From Eledone cirrhosa (lineage: Eukaryota): a stretch of 64,000 nt of DNA. Below the pieces are notes generated by a model that was given only the letters and a program-made list of their open reading frames with translations, was not told the origin of the DNA and did no database searches. Numbering within the stretch: the first letter of the stretch is position 1; each line of letters starts with the position of its first letter. This document shows, in pieces, positions 31,170 through 45,194 of this stretch. The stretch spans positions 9,052,001 through 9,116,000 of the forward strand of contig OZ024749.1 in assembly GCA_964016885.1 (NCBI GenBank). The letters run 5' to 3'. The translations under genes were made by a program, and so were the position numbers.

Positions 31170-31425
31170 TGTATGGTCCCGTGGCACCTGATAGAGTTGT
31201 ATGGGCGCCATATTGACACAGCGTTTCTTGGGTATTTTTTTCAGCCTGGCGGAGGCCATCTTCTCGCCAGGACTGGGTAAAGCAGATTTCTTCCAGAGAA
31301 AGATAGAAAGTGAGAGAGAGAGGAAATGAGAAAGAGATATAGAGGAAGAATCGACTCCAGTATTAAACTGGTACTTTTTCATCGACCTCAAAAAGATGAA
31401 AGGCAAAGTTGACATCGGAAGGATT
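31170..31425 (-). mobile_element. SINE family S3 (S1-type core, different long 3' tail), lacking the tRNA head
   Basis: Homologous to 40070-40325. Confidence 0.75.
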
Positions 31426-31477
31426 ATATATATGTATATATAGTTAAAAGAATAGAGGTGTAACACAAAAGTTATTA

Positions 31478-31920
31478 TATATTGGTAAACGGAATAGAAA
31501 ATGCTGACAAATTTTTCACAGTTGAAAAATGGTTTAATTAGGAATAAAAGAGTATTAGTGATTGTATGGGTTAGTATTCAGTTGTGGTTTTAAGTTTTTA
31601 AGTTTTTACCGGTTGCGCATTTCTAAATGCTTTTCAAAAATAATTTTGAGATAGAGTGTCCGTGCTGTTTGCTCTGATCTGATTAGTTTTGGGAATTCTA
31701 CCTGTTTTTATGTTAAAAAAGTGGCTCCAATTTGCAAAAATTCTTGTGGTCAAAACAATTTTGATTGGTCGGTAGAGGTCATGTGAATGTAAAAAATTGA
31801 TTTTGCGCCAAGACTGTTTTTATATTAAAAAAAGTGGCTCCAGCAAAAATTCTTGTGGTCAAAACAATTTTGATTGGTCGGTAGAGGTCATGTGAATAAA
31901 AAATTGGTTTTGCGCCAAGA
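31478..31920 (-). mobile_element. Family C repeat, longer copy with an internal ~110-bp tandem duplication
   Basis: 31478-31679 matches 9596-9797; 31702-31812 is repeated at 31814-31920. Confidence 0.7.
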
Positions 31921-31945
31921 TTGAGAAATGACTCTTTCACAACAA

Positions 31946-31995
<50 letters not shown>

Positions 31996-32064
31996 TAGTA
32001 GTAGTAAGGTGTTCGATGTTGTGATAATGGTTAGCAGCGATGTGTGTCAAATGGCTATTAAGAT

Positions 32065-32171
<107 letters not shown>

Positions 32172-32394
32172 GCAGAGTAATTCGTGGTGGCAGGGATGGT
32201 CAGTAAGAATGTGTCTGAAAGCAATGGGGGGTATTTTAGCATGTCAAAAGATATTTTTCAGCTTTTGTCTTATACGGAGAAGTGTGTGTGTGTATATGAC
32301 AGCTCACACCTACGCAGGTTTAGCTGGCCTCCTCCAAGGTATATCTCGTTCGAGGTGTCTTGGGTGATTTAATGGTAGGGACCCCAGTCCCTAT

Positions 32395-32541
32395 CATCTC
32401 ATTTCTACAGCTGAGTAAACTGGAGCAACGTGAAATAAAGAGTCTTGCTCAAGGAAACATACATCACCCGGTCCGAGAATTGAACTCACAGCCTTTCGAT
32501 TGCAAGCCCAATGCTCTAACCACTAAGCCATGCGCCTTCAC
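32395..32541 (-). mobile_element. tRNA-derived SINE, family S2
   Basis: Minus strand gtgaaggcgcatggcttagtggttagagc...gagttcaattc...ccttgagcaagactctttatttcacg. Confidence 0.8.
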
Positions 32542-33007
32542 GAAGTGTCATTAGATGACCTTAAAAACAGATAAAAAAGACAAAAATGTTGGGAATGGTT
32601 GCTACTTCAATCAACCACATGAAGATAAATTACTAACATTTCTGGATATTCAGTCAATCCATCGCTATCATTTGATATCAATATAAAAATTACTCGCAGC
32701 AACTAATTGAATGGAAAGTGCCATGTATATATGTGATAGCGTGATCGAATATTAGCCATTTGTTTTAACTGCAAGGAATCCAGTCAAATGAGGAGGCGAA
32801 TACGCTCTCGTATGGAACACCGACATATGAAGATTATTGTTTCAAACTTAATATAAAGCACTTGGAAGGTATCTCCATTATAATGATGGAAAGGAAACCT
32901 ATTCTATACATACATATATATAAATATGTATGTAAATATATAAGTATATATTTATATATATATGTACATTTATATATATATATATAAACTTTATATATAT
33001 ATATATA

Positions 33008-33050
<43 letters not shown>

Positions 33051-33061
33051 CGTACATACAT

Positions 33062-33111
<50 letters not shown>

Positions 33112-33274
33112 GTGTATGTATGTGTATATATCTATGTATATATGTGTATATATATATATATATATATTATGTACGTAAAATATATATATAACTATATATA
33201 TGATATATACGTATATATATAGTTATATACATTGTTATGCGCATAATATATATATATATATGTATATATATATG

Positions 33275-33347
<73 letters not shown>

Positions 33348-33430
33348 CATAACAATGTATATAACTATATATATACGTATATATCATATATATAGTTATA
33401 TATATATTTTACGTACATAATATATATATA

Positions 33431-33588
33431 GGAAAATGTTTAACCCCGACGGCAGAGCTCAAGCCGTTTCGACGGCTATTTCTGGACTCCGTCGGGGTTA
33501 AACATTTTCCTATTACCCACTCTACTACCCTAAGTATTGAGTACTCTGGTGCGTTATGGTCCATCTGGTTCCTTACCACACTTCCTTC

Positions 33589-33590
<2 letters not shown>
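33431..33590 (+). mobile_element. Fold-back element, family B
   Basis: Same tail as 9477-9557; short inverted arm starting ggaaaa; hammerhead 3' half on the minus strand. Confidence 0.7.
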
Positions 33591-33640
<50 letters not shown>

Positions 33641-33642
33641 AT

Positions 33643-33743
<101 letters not shown>

Positions 33744-34074
33744 AGTATATATAAACTTATGTATACTTATATATACATATATACGTATATATATATGTGT
33801 GTTTGTGTGTCTGTCTGTGTCTATGTGTGGCTGTGTTTGTGTGTATGTGTATGTGGTATATATACTATATATATGTGTGTGTGTATGTATATACATACAT
33901 ATATATATAAATATATCTATTTATGTATATGCATGTATATATATATATATATAATGTATATATCTATATATAACAGGCATAAATAAATCGAAATAAAATA
34001 AAGATATATATATAAATATATAAATATGTATATGTGTGTGTATGTATGTATATGTCTATGAATGCATGCATATA

Positions 34075-34116
<42 letters not shown>

Positions 34117-34258
34117 TGTGTGTGTGTGTAAATGTTTATATAGAGAGAGAGAGGGAGAAGAGATACACTTCCAAAGACATCAAACCATTCTAACCCTAAA
34201 TATATCTTAATGGCGTGGAAATAGCTGTCATATTACCTTCTTTCATATTTCATTTCAT

Positions 34259-34327
<69 letters not shown>

Positions 34328-34330
<3 letters not shown>

Positions 34331-34877
34331 GTTTCTGAATTTGTTTAGCAAGATTCTTTATCTGAAATCGTGTGTTGAAACCGATATTGTTATACTTTGG
34401 GAGGGTCATGTTGCCAATAAGAAACACACGCACCAGTAGCTTTCACTTCAATTTATTATATATTTATAAATTTATAAATTTACAAATCTACAAACTTATA
34501 AATTTCTGGTTGGTTGGTTGGTTCCACAACCAGATAGTTGTTTATATATATAGTCATAGTCCTTTCGTCACACACTCTGTGACCTCTTCAGTGACTGGGG
34601 ATTCCTTTCTTCGTTTCTGTGCCTTCTCTTTCTTCTATCCTACGCCATTTTGTTTCTGTGTGTGTGTTGTGTGAAGAGGTCACAGAGTGTGTGACGAAAG
34701 GACTATGACTATATATATAAACAACTATCTGGTTGTGGAACCAACCAACCAACCAGAAATTTATAAGTTTGTAGATTTGTAAATTTATAAATTTATAAAT
34801 ATATAATAAATTGAAGTGAAAGCAACTGGTGCGTGTGTTTCTTATTGGCAACATGACCCTCCCAAAGTATAACAATA
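34328..34877 (-). mobile_element. Fold-back element, family E, with hammerhead
   Basis: Arms 34386-34590/34672-34877, tail 34328-34385, (TA)n flanks. Confidence 0.75.
34552..34596 (-). ncRNA. Type I hammerhead ribozyme, minimal
   Basis: Minus strand agtca-CTGAAGA-g.gtcaca/gagtg/tgtgac-GAAA-ggac-TA^-tgact. Confidence 0.75.
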
Positions 34878-34887
34878 TATATATATG

Positions 34888-34949
<62 letters not shown>

Positions 34950-35023
34950 TATATATATATACATACATATATATAATTTACATATACACACACACATATA
35001 TACATATATATACGTATATGTGT

Positions 35024-35097
<74 letters not shown>

Positions 35098-35157
35098 GAA
35101 TATAAAAGAGAGATAAACACAGATATATTCATATATGTGTTCAAATCGCAAGGGACC

Positions 35158-35188
<31 letters not shown>

Positions 35189-35353
35189 CCAGTGTATCAG
35201 TTAATTCTCACGTGACATTACTGATGGGAATTTTTAACAATTAAATATTTAGGTTAATTACAGAAATTAATATAAATGATTCCAACTTATTGTTTTGCTA
35301 TTGATCCTTGATTGGTAAATAGCATTTATATATGTATGTATATATATATATAT

Positions 35354-35411
<58 letters not shown>

Positions 35412-35471
35412 CTGTGTGGGTCTGTGTGGGTCTGTGTGTGTATGTATATATATACATATATATATACATAT

Positions 35472-35644
35472 AAATCTTTACTTACTTTAATGTCCCTACT
35501 GTAGTTTCACTGGGAAAATAACATTACTCCGAGTATTGTAAGAAATCCCAAATCTTCAAGAGACTTTCTCAGTCAAGAAAGAAAATTCAAGACACAAAAA
35601 TTCCTCCTTGTTCGCCGCCACTAGGGACATTATAGTAAAGATTT
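35472..35644. mobile_element. Possible MITE with ~23-bp imperfect terminal inverted repeats
   Basis: aaatctttac..ttaatgtcccta versus tagggacattatagtaaagattt. Confidence 0.45.
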
Positions 35645-35792
35645 TTTCTCATCTTGTTTGCTTTTCCCAGATAAGATTTTATTAAATATATATATATATA
35701 TATGCAAAAGTAAATATTTTATATATATATATATATATATATAGTAAAGTAAATATAATAAAGTAAATATTTTATATATATATATATATATA

Positions 35793-36035
35793 TTTCAGGG
35801 ACTTGACTCCTTCTTCCTCACTTTTCGTTGCATTACCATCTTTGTTTGTTTACTGTCTCGCTAGTTCGCCCTATTTACATGTCCCAACGACTTTCTTTAG
35901 CCGTTGCTCGCACCAACAAGAGGTATATGTTCTTTAAAGCGATGAAATACCAATGAAGACTGGAAGATCACTGATGAAGTACTAAATTTATTCATATGTA
36001 ACACATTTGCAACCACGCAGCACGCCATGTTTTCA
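35793..36035 (+). mobile_element. Family A element, 5'-truncated, with tail
   Basis: Matches 18578-18784 and the reverse complement of 26389-26588. Confidence 0.8.
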
Positions 36036-36053
36036 TTTTTTTATATATATATA

Positions 36054-36416
36054 TAGTTAAAGAAAGAAGAGTAACATGGTCGGCTGTACAATAAGGGCTT
36101 TATTTAAAGTACTGACAATTGTTTCGTTGATCAGGTGTGTCTAGAGTTCGATAATCGCTTGAGGTTGCGTCAATTGATCAACGAAACAATTGTCAGTACT
36201 TTAAATAAAGCCCGTTATTGTACAGCCAACCATGTTACTCTTCATTCTTTCACTATTATTACTCAAAGTATAACCTGCATAGGAATTACCGCGAACTCGC
36301 TGCATAATTATGGAAACATCTTGTTGAGTCAAACAAAGCCGTACGTTAAAACTATCCACGACGCGGAGTACTCATAACCTCTAACTGGATTATTACCTAT
36401 AACGATAACTTGTTAT

Positions 36417-36418
<2 letters not shown>
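36054..36418 (+). mobile_element. Fold-back element with hammerhead 3' half
   Basis: Arms ~36066-36133/36175-36243; GAAA-caattg-TC at 36183-36194. Confidence 0.65.
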
Positions 36419-36514
<96 letters not shown>

Positions 36515-36545
36515 AAAGTTCTATTTATTGTTGGTCAGTATATAA

Positions 36546-36642
36546 ACATTTCTGAAGAGCTTGCGATTCCAGAGTCAGGTTCGATCATTAATAGATCGTT
36601 CCACGAGCTGAGCTGATCGACAGTGAAACATATGTAATATGT
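36546..36642 (+). ncRNA. Type I hammerhead ribozyme with long stem II
   Basis: acattt-CTGAAGA(36552)-~66-nt imperfect hairpin-GAAA(36625)-catatg-TA^-atatgt. Confidence 0.7.
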
Positions 36643-36778
36643 AATAAATATGTATATGATGCAGCACTGATTATTTTTTCCCTTAAATATTAATACAATT
36701 GATACTCTGCTCCCCAAGAGCATCGAGTTTTCACCCGGAATACCGCCTACGGACGCAATTAACTTGCACCTTAATACT

Positions 36779-36833
<55 letters not shown>

Positions 36834-36875
36834 AAGGGATATATTAGGTTAACGCTTGATATAGCAGGAAGAGCG

Positions 36876-36911
36876 TCTTAACGTTTCGGACGCTAGTCTT
36901 TCATCAGAAGA
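36876..36911 (-). ncRNA. Type I hammerhead ribozyme, minimal
   Basis: Minus strand tctt-CTGATGA-aagac/tagc/gtcc-GAAA-cg-TT^-aaga, preceded by a pyrimidine-rich tract. Confidence 0.7.
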
Positions 36912-37979
36912 AAGGATGAGGAATAAGATAGATTGAGGTGACGGGCAGGTTGGAGTTGGAAGAAATGTCTTTATATAAAAATAACAGGTCCATTCATGTT
37001 GACATCTCTTGCAAAACTTTTGGTGCTGGCGTTTTGTGTATGATTTGTTTTTTAGAAAAGTGGATGATGGAGCGCGTCTACCTGAAATGGAAAAAAAAAA
37101 CGTTTTGTAAAAAAGAGCTATACTTGTGCACGTGCGTAAGCGTGTGTGTTGTGTGTGTATGTGTGTGTTATCATACGTCCGTACGAAGCTAAGAAGAAAT
37201 GTGTGTGTATATGTGAGTAAAAGAGTGTGTGCGCATGTAAGTACGAAGCTATGAGCAAAAGTATGTTAATATAAGGGTGTGTATGTGTGTATACATAGCA
37301 GTGAAGGGAAAATTGGAGTGAGCATATATAGTCGGCCTGTATTAGTTGTAAGAGATGTTAATGATCAAGAGAAAGCGATAGGAATCTTACAATTAACTTG
37401 TTAATAATTTCTATTGACAGGTTAATTGTATAAGTTTATTTTAAAACCACTCGGTTGATAATTTATTCGATTTGAGCTATTTATGCTATTTTTCACATGA
37501 TCTGCACCTACTGAATTACTTTTGCCAAAATCTAGGGTTATTCCCCTTGTGATTTCCACACGTGGTTTAACTTACCACCGCGTCATTCACTTATTTGGTA
37601 CAGAGCGAAATAGCTGTTGATAACGTGATATTCCTTGTTCAATCATTATGCCCAAAGCTTATATTTTTAAGCAGACTGTATTTTGATTTAGGTGTCACAG
37701 TAACTCTACATCGGATTTTAACAGCAATTCCGGGTGTCCAGGTCTGATTATCATTTATTTTTTATCATTTATTTTGTTTTGACCTGTTTAGCTTGATTTG
37801 GTTTTGGGCTTGGGTAGTTAATGCCTTCTTGGCCACCTTTTCAGTTTTGTATGGCTTCTCAACACATTATTTAGCTCTGGGTTTTAACTATTGAGCACTT
37901 TGCTAGTAACATTTCTGATTTTTGCGTTTCGCTTCGCTTTTCCTGCCCGCCGAAATGCGATTCTCGCTGAATCTGTATT

Positions 37980-38310
<331 letters not shown>

Positions 38311-38488
38311 TTATATATTATATTATGCTATATGATATTATACAATATAATATTATATTATACGATATAATGTTATGTTATACGATATAATATTATACAA
38401 TATAAAACGTTATATTATATTATATTGTATTATATTATATTATATTATATTGTATTATATTGTATTATATTATATTATATTATATTGT

Positions 38489-38922
38489 ATTGACTTTGCC
38501 TTTCATCCTTACGGGGTCGATAAAATAAAGTACCAGTAATGCACTGGGTAATTGCTGGCCTTGTGCCTAACGTAGAAACAATTATATTATATTGTATTAT
38601 ATTATATTATATTATATTGTATTATATTATAATACATTATATTATATTATATTGTATTATATTATATTATATTATATTGTATTATATTATAATACATTAT
38701 ATTATAATATAATTGTTTCTACTTTAGGCACAAGGCCAGCAATTACCCAGTACATTACTGGTACTTTATTTTATCGACCCCGTAAGGATGAAAGGCAAAG
38801 TTAACCTCGGTGAGTTCGAATCCCGCCGAGGTTAACTTTGCCTTTCATCTTTACGGGGTCGATAAAATAAAGTACCAGTAATGTACTGGGTAATTGTTGG
38901 CCTTGTGCCTAAAGTAGAAACA
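38489..38922. mobile_element. Three 3' halves of SINE S1 in alternating orientation (+,-,+) within (TATAT)n
   Basis: 38489-38582 (+), 38711-38810 (-), 38812-38922 (+). Confidence 0.85.
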
Positions 38923-39040
38923 ATTATATTATATTATATTGTATTATATTATATTATAATACATTATATTATATTATATTATATTATATTATATTATATT
39001 ATATTATATTATATTATATTATATTATATTATATTATATT

Positions 39041-39300
39041 AGTGAAGGCGGGGCTTAGTGGTTGAGGTATTCGACTGACGATCGTAAGGTGGTGAATTCG
39101 ATTCCCGCCGTCACATTGTATCCATGAACAAGACACTCGAACGACCAGCCTTGTCAGCCTCACTTCCCCTCAGAGAACTACTTTAAAGGTACGAGTGTCT
39201 GTGGGATGCTCAGTCACCAGTACCACCTTAATGTCACGAGCAGGCTGTTCTATTGATCGTATCAACTCAAGCACGTGTCACCGTAAATGACGTAGAGCCA
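39041..39300 (+). mobile_element. Degenerate tRNA-derived SINE, S2-related
   Basis: gtgaaggcggggcttagtggtt...gaattcgattccc...aacaagacact. Confidence 0.65.
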
Positions 39301-39788
39301 ATTTGTAATATTATATATATATATTATACACAACTGAATTCATTCGCCTAATATAGGTGTTGCCTCCCTTGCTGAACCCCACGTGGGGTCAGTTACAGAC
39401 ACATTTATGTGGACTTTCGAACTGAATCCCGTTGACAACGCGTACTCCCAGTTCAGTCATGATACCAGAAATCTAACATCCTTTATGTAAGTGGACAGTA
39501 AATGACTTATGGAGCCGCAGAAACCCAAATACTGGACTTTACCATCTTTCCAGGGGTCCGGGTAAGCTTTCAACCATTTATATTTTTATATATTTGTATA
39601 TCTGTATATCTGTTTGATCGAATTTTCGCTGTGTGGATGATTAGTTTAACCACCATCTCAGTGTGTTTGGCCTTTAACGTAAGTTGTAAGCTCTAATTCA
39701 TATGAATTATCGAGCGCTTGCCACACAACTCGGAAGTGATTCTCGTTAATTCCTGAGCTGAAATTCGATTCTCGCTAATTTTTACTTG

Positions 39789-39841
<53 letters not shown>

Positions 39842-40069
39842 AGGAGTTGACGGACCCACCATATTTATCAATGCCAGGACCAATTGTATCTCAGCGTACT
39901 CCATGGGAAAATGTAAGATACATTCCCAGAGTATACACATAGTTATTCGCTTTAATACAACACACGTAAAACAGGTGCCTATAATAGTTCCCGGACTCGA
40001 GTTTCGGCCGCACTTAATGCAGCAGTATATATATATATATACATATATATATATAATGCTATATTATGG

Positions 40070-40403
40070 TATGGTCCCGTAACTCCTGATAGAGTTGTAG
40101 AGGCACCGTATTGACATACGGCGTTTCTTCGGCATTTTCAGAAGCCTGGTGGAGCCCATTCCTCTCCAGGCCTCAGTACAGCACACTTCTTCCAGAGAAA
40201 GATAGAAAGTGAGAGAGAGGAAAATGATAAAGAGATATAGAGGAAGAATCCACCCCAGTACTAGACAGGTACTTTTTTTATCGACCTCGAAAGGATGAAA
40301 GACAAAGTTGACCTCGGCAGGATTTGAACTTACAGAGTAGAGAGCCGGAACGTATCATAAAGCAATCTATCCGAGGTTCTAACGACTCTCACAATTCGTC
40401 GCC
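40070..40403 (-). mobile_element. SINE family S3 with tRNA-like head
   Basis: Minus strand ggcgacgaattgtgagagtcgttaga...agttcaaatcctgccgaggtcaactttg; tail shared with 31170-31350. Confidence 0.75.
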
Positions 40404-40792
40404 TATTTTTATTATATATCTTTTATTAATTTTATTATATTTTTTATTTTGTTTTATTTTATTATTTTCATTATCTTCAATTTCTCCAGACTTTGCAAGT
40501 GTCATTTGACATTTCAATTTCCTGTGTAAAGAGACTCAAAGTTGAAACATGTTCCAGGACATGGCAAGTTTTTTTTGTTTTATGTTTTTTTTCTTCTTTT
40601 CGTTTTTAATCGTCAAACGAAACGAATGTACATGAGTTAATGGGAGGGTGGCAAAGTAAAGAAGTTATATAGACCGCCTGAGAAGGTTATTGAGCAATAT
40701 CTGCTAGCTTATATATTCTTTTATTCGTTCATTTGTTTACTAGCATCAGTTAATTGACTGCGGCCATGCTGGGGCATCGTCTTCTTTCAGAT

Positions 40793-40958
40793 CAGCCTTG
40801 GGCAACCTTTTTCGAGCAAAAACCCACATAGGATGTGGTTCATCATAAGGTGGGCCACACTACAAAAAGAAATTCAAAGCTATTTTGAAATTAAGCGTGC
40901 CATTCAGGAAGCCAAACGGGCCACATTGAGCTCACGGGTCGCAGTTTTCCCATGACTG
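40793..40958. mobile_element. hAT-like MITE nested in a SINE 3' fragment (~40720-40986)
   Basis: Imperfect TIRs cagccttgggcaacct / agttttcccatgactg with internal gggccac motifs; flanks gactgcggccatgctggggca...atcgaccccagtac join into one SINE-like sequence; no clear TSD. Confidence 0.5.
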
Positions 40959-41249
40959 ATTTAGGGGTCTATATCGACCCCAGTACCGTCGCTTTTCTGT
41001 CCTTGTTTTTGTAAAGTCTATTTTTAGAATCGTTCAAAGAAAGGAAGTTTTGACCAGTTTTATAAGTTGGGCTTATAAATCCGATAGGTGGCGCTGTGGA
41101 AATTTGTTCCGTCTCCATGTTGAGAGGTGTAGTAAGAGTCTAATGTAGTGGTGTGTTAATTGTGGTAGGAGGAATATCTTTATAGTGGTGGTGCTGGTGT
41201 GAGGGATGCGATAGGAGGAAGCAGTTTAACGTGGCACTGTCAGAGTTAT

Positions 41250-42410
41250 AGTAGGAGGAAGGAATGTATGGTGGTGGTGTAAGAGGTGTGGTAGGAGGAA
41301 GGAATGTATGGTGGTGGTGTAAGAGGTGTGGTAGGAGGAAGGAATGTATGGTGGTGGTGTAAGAGGTGTGGTAGGAGGAAGGAATGTATGGTGGTGGTGT
41401 AAGAGGTGTGGTAGGAGGAAGGAATGTATGGTGGTGGTGTAAGAGGTGTGGTAGGAGGAAGGAATGTATGGTGGTGGTGTAAGAGGTGTGGTAGGAGGAA
41501 GGAATGTATGGTGGTGGTGTAAGAGGTGTGGTAGGAGGAAGGAATGTATGGTGGTGGTGTAAGAGGTGTGGTAGGAGGAAGGAATGTATGGTGGTGGTGT
41601 AAGAGGTGTGGTAGGAGGAAGGAATGTATGGTGGTGGTGTAAGAGGTATGGTAGGAGGAAGGAATGTATGGTGGTGGTGTAAGAGGTGTGGTAGGAGGAA
41701 GGAATGTATGGTGGTGGTGTAAGAGGTGTGGTAGGAGGAAGGAATGCATGGTGGTGGTGTAAGAGGTATGGTAGGAGGAAGGAATCTAAAGTGGTGTGAG
41801 AGAGAGGTGTGGTAGGAGGAAGGAATCTAAGGTGGTGTGAGAGAGAGGTGTGGTAGGAGGAAGGAATGTATGGTGGTGGTGTAAGAGGTGTGGTAGGAGG
41901 AAGGAATGTATGGTGGTGGTGTAAGAGGTGTGGTAGGAGGAAGGAATGTATGGTGGTGGCGTAAGAGGTGTGGTAGGAGGAAGGAATGCATGGTGGTGGT
42001 GTAAGAGGTCTGGTAGGAGGAAGGAATCTAAAGTGGTGTGAGAGAGAGGTGTGGTAGGAGGAAGGAATCTAAGGTGGTGTGAGAGAGAGGTGTGGTAGGA
42101 GGAAGGAATCTAAGGTGGTGTGAGAGAGAGGTGTGGTAGGAGGAAGGAATCTAAGGTGGTGTGAGAGAGAGGTGAGGTAGGAGGAAGGAATCTAAGGTGG
42201 TGTGAGAGAGAGGTGTGGTAGGAGGAAGGAATCTAAGGTGGTGTGAGAGAGAGGTGAGGTAGGAGGAAGGAATCTAAGGTGGTGTGAGAGAGAGGTGAGG
42301 TAGGAGGAAGGAATTCCTCCCGTGGTGTGAGAGAGAGGTGAGGTAGGAGGAAGGAATTCCTCCCGTGGTGTGAGAGAGAGGTGTGGTAGGAGGAAGGAAT
42401 TCCTCCCGGG
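41250..42410. repeat. G-rich 40/41-bp minisatellite, about 28 copies
   Basis: gtaggaggaaggaatgtatggtggtggtgtaagaggtgtg, changing to ggtaggaggaaggaatctaaggtggtgtgagagagaggtgt. Confidence 0.95.
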
Positions 42411-43210
42411 GTGAAGAAAATCTCTGATTTAATTAAATATTTTCATTTATTCAATTTTCTTCCATTCTACCTAATTTTTTCATTAATCTTGTTACCTCCA
42501 CCTCTCCCTCCTCTTCCTCCTCCTCCTCCACCACCTCCTCCACCACCTCCTCCACCTCCACCTCCTCCTCCACCTCCACCTCCCTGTGACAGACTGGCTG
42601 AAAAAAAAATAAACACACACACATATGTGTACTGTTATATATACACCCTCACACACTATATATATAAATAAAGTATCAGTAATGTACTGGGTATTTGCTG
42701 GCCTTGTGCCAAAAGTAGAAACAACTATATATATATATATTTATACACACATTCCCTAAAACCATATTCCATTAATAGAATTTCCCTTACACTCCGGCTG
42801 CTGCCATAGAATTTACCTCTAGCTTACAATTCCCTTTTGAACTTCTGACCAGTCAATTAACACAATCAGATATACATATATTTACAGGATGTTTCCTTTG
42901 ACCCCTCAAAACAACTTTGTTCTGTGAAGAAACATAGCTGCTGCTATCTTCACTGCCACCTCTCTATTAACAAGAACTCATTCTCCAGCCAAATTTTGAG
43001 CAAGAAAGATGGGAAAAAAAAACTTACTCCAACATTTGATTTTAATTTTAAATCTTTAATTTTTAGTTTTTAACTCCTATTAATTCTTTTTAATTTTTTA
43101 TTTCAATACTCAACATTTGATGAATTTTAATAATACATCGAAACCGGTATTACTTTATATACATTATAAAACTCTTTTTTAAAAGAATTGTCCCTCTCAT
43201 TTTTTCAATA

Positions 43211-43398
43211 ATTGTTTCTACTTTTGGCACAAGGCCAGCAATTACTCAGTGCATTACTGGTACTTTATTTTATCGACCCCGTAAGGATGAAAGGCAAAGT
43301 TAACCTCGGCGGGATTTGAACTCAGAATGGCAAGGGCCCTAACTCTATACGTCAAAGTATGGCGTCCGACCCTCTACCGATACTGCCAATCCACCGCC
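43211..43398 (-). mobile_element. Full-length SINE S1 with apparent target-site duplication
   Basis: Reverse complement of 3709-3893; attttttcaata occurs on both sides (~43199 and ~43401). Confidence 0.85.
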
Positions 43399-43510
43399 CT
43401 ATTTTTTCAATAATGTCATCTTTTCAATAATGTCACTTTGACGAATCAAAGAAAGGATAAAAAAAGGAAAAACAGACCCTTAAATATATTTTCCGTGCTA
43501 TTTCCAACTT

Positions 43511-43582
<72 letters not shown>

Positions 43583-43616
43583 GTATCTATCTCCCTCTCT
43601 CTCCCTCTCTCTCATC

Positions 43617-43664
<48 letters not shown>

Positions 43665-43937
43665 GGACTAAGGAGGAAAAGAATTGGATATATTTTGTCT
43701 CAGTTCTTCAAACATGTAATTTTATATAGCTCTGATTAATAATTAATTGCTTAATTCATTTTTTCATAGAATCACACAGTTGAAGGTAGCCAAAACTCAT
43801 ATATGTATCTGTGATTATGTCTAAATATATACATATATATATCCTTATGAATTACTTCTATACTCCCTTATGGTTCAGTAAACCTTAGGCAGTAACTAAC
43901 TGTTACTTCTAGCAATGAACCTACTTGCCATCCGGCC

Positions 43938-44866
43938 TACCCTTCACAACACTTCTACTTTCACCCCTAGCCACGTGATGTTTTTCACCCCTTTTGAATT
44001 CATTTCTGGCGGCGATCACTTTAGAAATTTTACCCTTCACAACTCTTCTACTTTCACCCCTAGCCACGTGATGTTTTTCACCCCTTTTGAATTTATTTCT
44101 GGCGGCGATCACTTTAGAAATTTTACCCTTCACAACTCTTCTACTTTCACCCCTAGCCACGTGATGTTTTTCACTCCTTTTGAATTCATTTCTGGCGGCG
44201 ATCACTTTAGAAATTTTACCCTTCACAACTCTTCTACTTTCACCCCTAGCCACGTGATGTTTTTCACTCCTTTTGAATTTATTTCTGGCGGCGATCACTT
44301 TAGAAATTTTACCCTTCACAACTCTTCTACTTTCACCCCTAGCCACGTGATGTTTTTCACTCCTTTTGAATTCATTTCTGGCGGCGATCACTTTAGAAAT
44401 TTTACCCTTCACAACACTTCTACTTTCACCCCTAGCCACGTGATGTTTTTCACTCCTTTTGAATTTATTTCTGGCGGCGATCACTTTAGAAATTTTACCC
44501 TTCACAACACTTCTACTTTCACCCCTAGCCACGTGATGTTTTTCACTCCTTTTGAATTTATTTCTGGCGGCGATCACTTTAGAAATTTTACCCTTCACAA
44601 CTCTTCTACTTTCACCCCTAGCCACGTGATGTTTTTCACTCCTTTTGAATTTATTTCTGGCGGCGATCACTTTAGAAATTTTACCCTTCACAACTCTTCT
44701 ACTTTCACCCCTAGCCACGTGATGTTTTTCACTCCTTTTGAATTTATTTCTGGCGGCGATCACTTTAGAAATTTTACCCTTCACAACTCTTCTACTTTCA
44801 CCCCTAGCCACGTGATGTTTTTCACTCCTTTTGAATTCATTTCTGGCGGCGATCACTTTAGAAACT
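43938..44866. repeat. 93-bp tandem repeat, 10 highly homogeneous copies
   Basis: The 31-aa periodic ORFs on both strands (43915-44880+, 43921-44856-) reflect the 93-bp unit. Confidence 0.95.
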
Positions 44867-45126
44867 TTAGTCCTAGCTGAGTGAGTCTCTTGAAAAGCTC
44901 GAAGCCTTGTGGGTAATACTACGCTTGGACATATTCACAAAGTACGAGCGAAACTATCGATAGTCGGGACTAGGAGAATTTTGGTAAAGTTTATCTACAT
45001 TTTTTCTTCAAACTTACATTTTAGACTTAGCTCCGTTTAATTAATTATTTGTCTAGTTAATTTCTACGGGCTAAGGAGGAAAAGAATTGGATATATTTTG
45101 TCTGACTGTTCTTCAAACGTATAATT

Positions 45127-45194
45127 TTATTCATTCTGACGACTGAAGACAGACACAACATCTGCCTTCAAGAAACCACTGGTAAATGGAATAA
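45127..45194 (+). ncRNA. Type I hammerhead ribozyme
   Basis: ttattcatt-CTGACGA(45136)-c.tgaag.a.caga/cacaaca/tctg.c.cttca.a-GAAA-ccactgg-TA^-aatg(g)aataa. Confidence 0.75.

Noticed and set aside
43915-44880. 321-aa and 311-aa repeat proteins on opposite strands
   Set aside because: An in-frame 93-bp unit lacking stops; the ORFs end at the array edges and there is no recognisable domain
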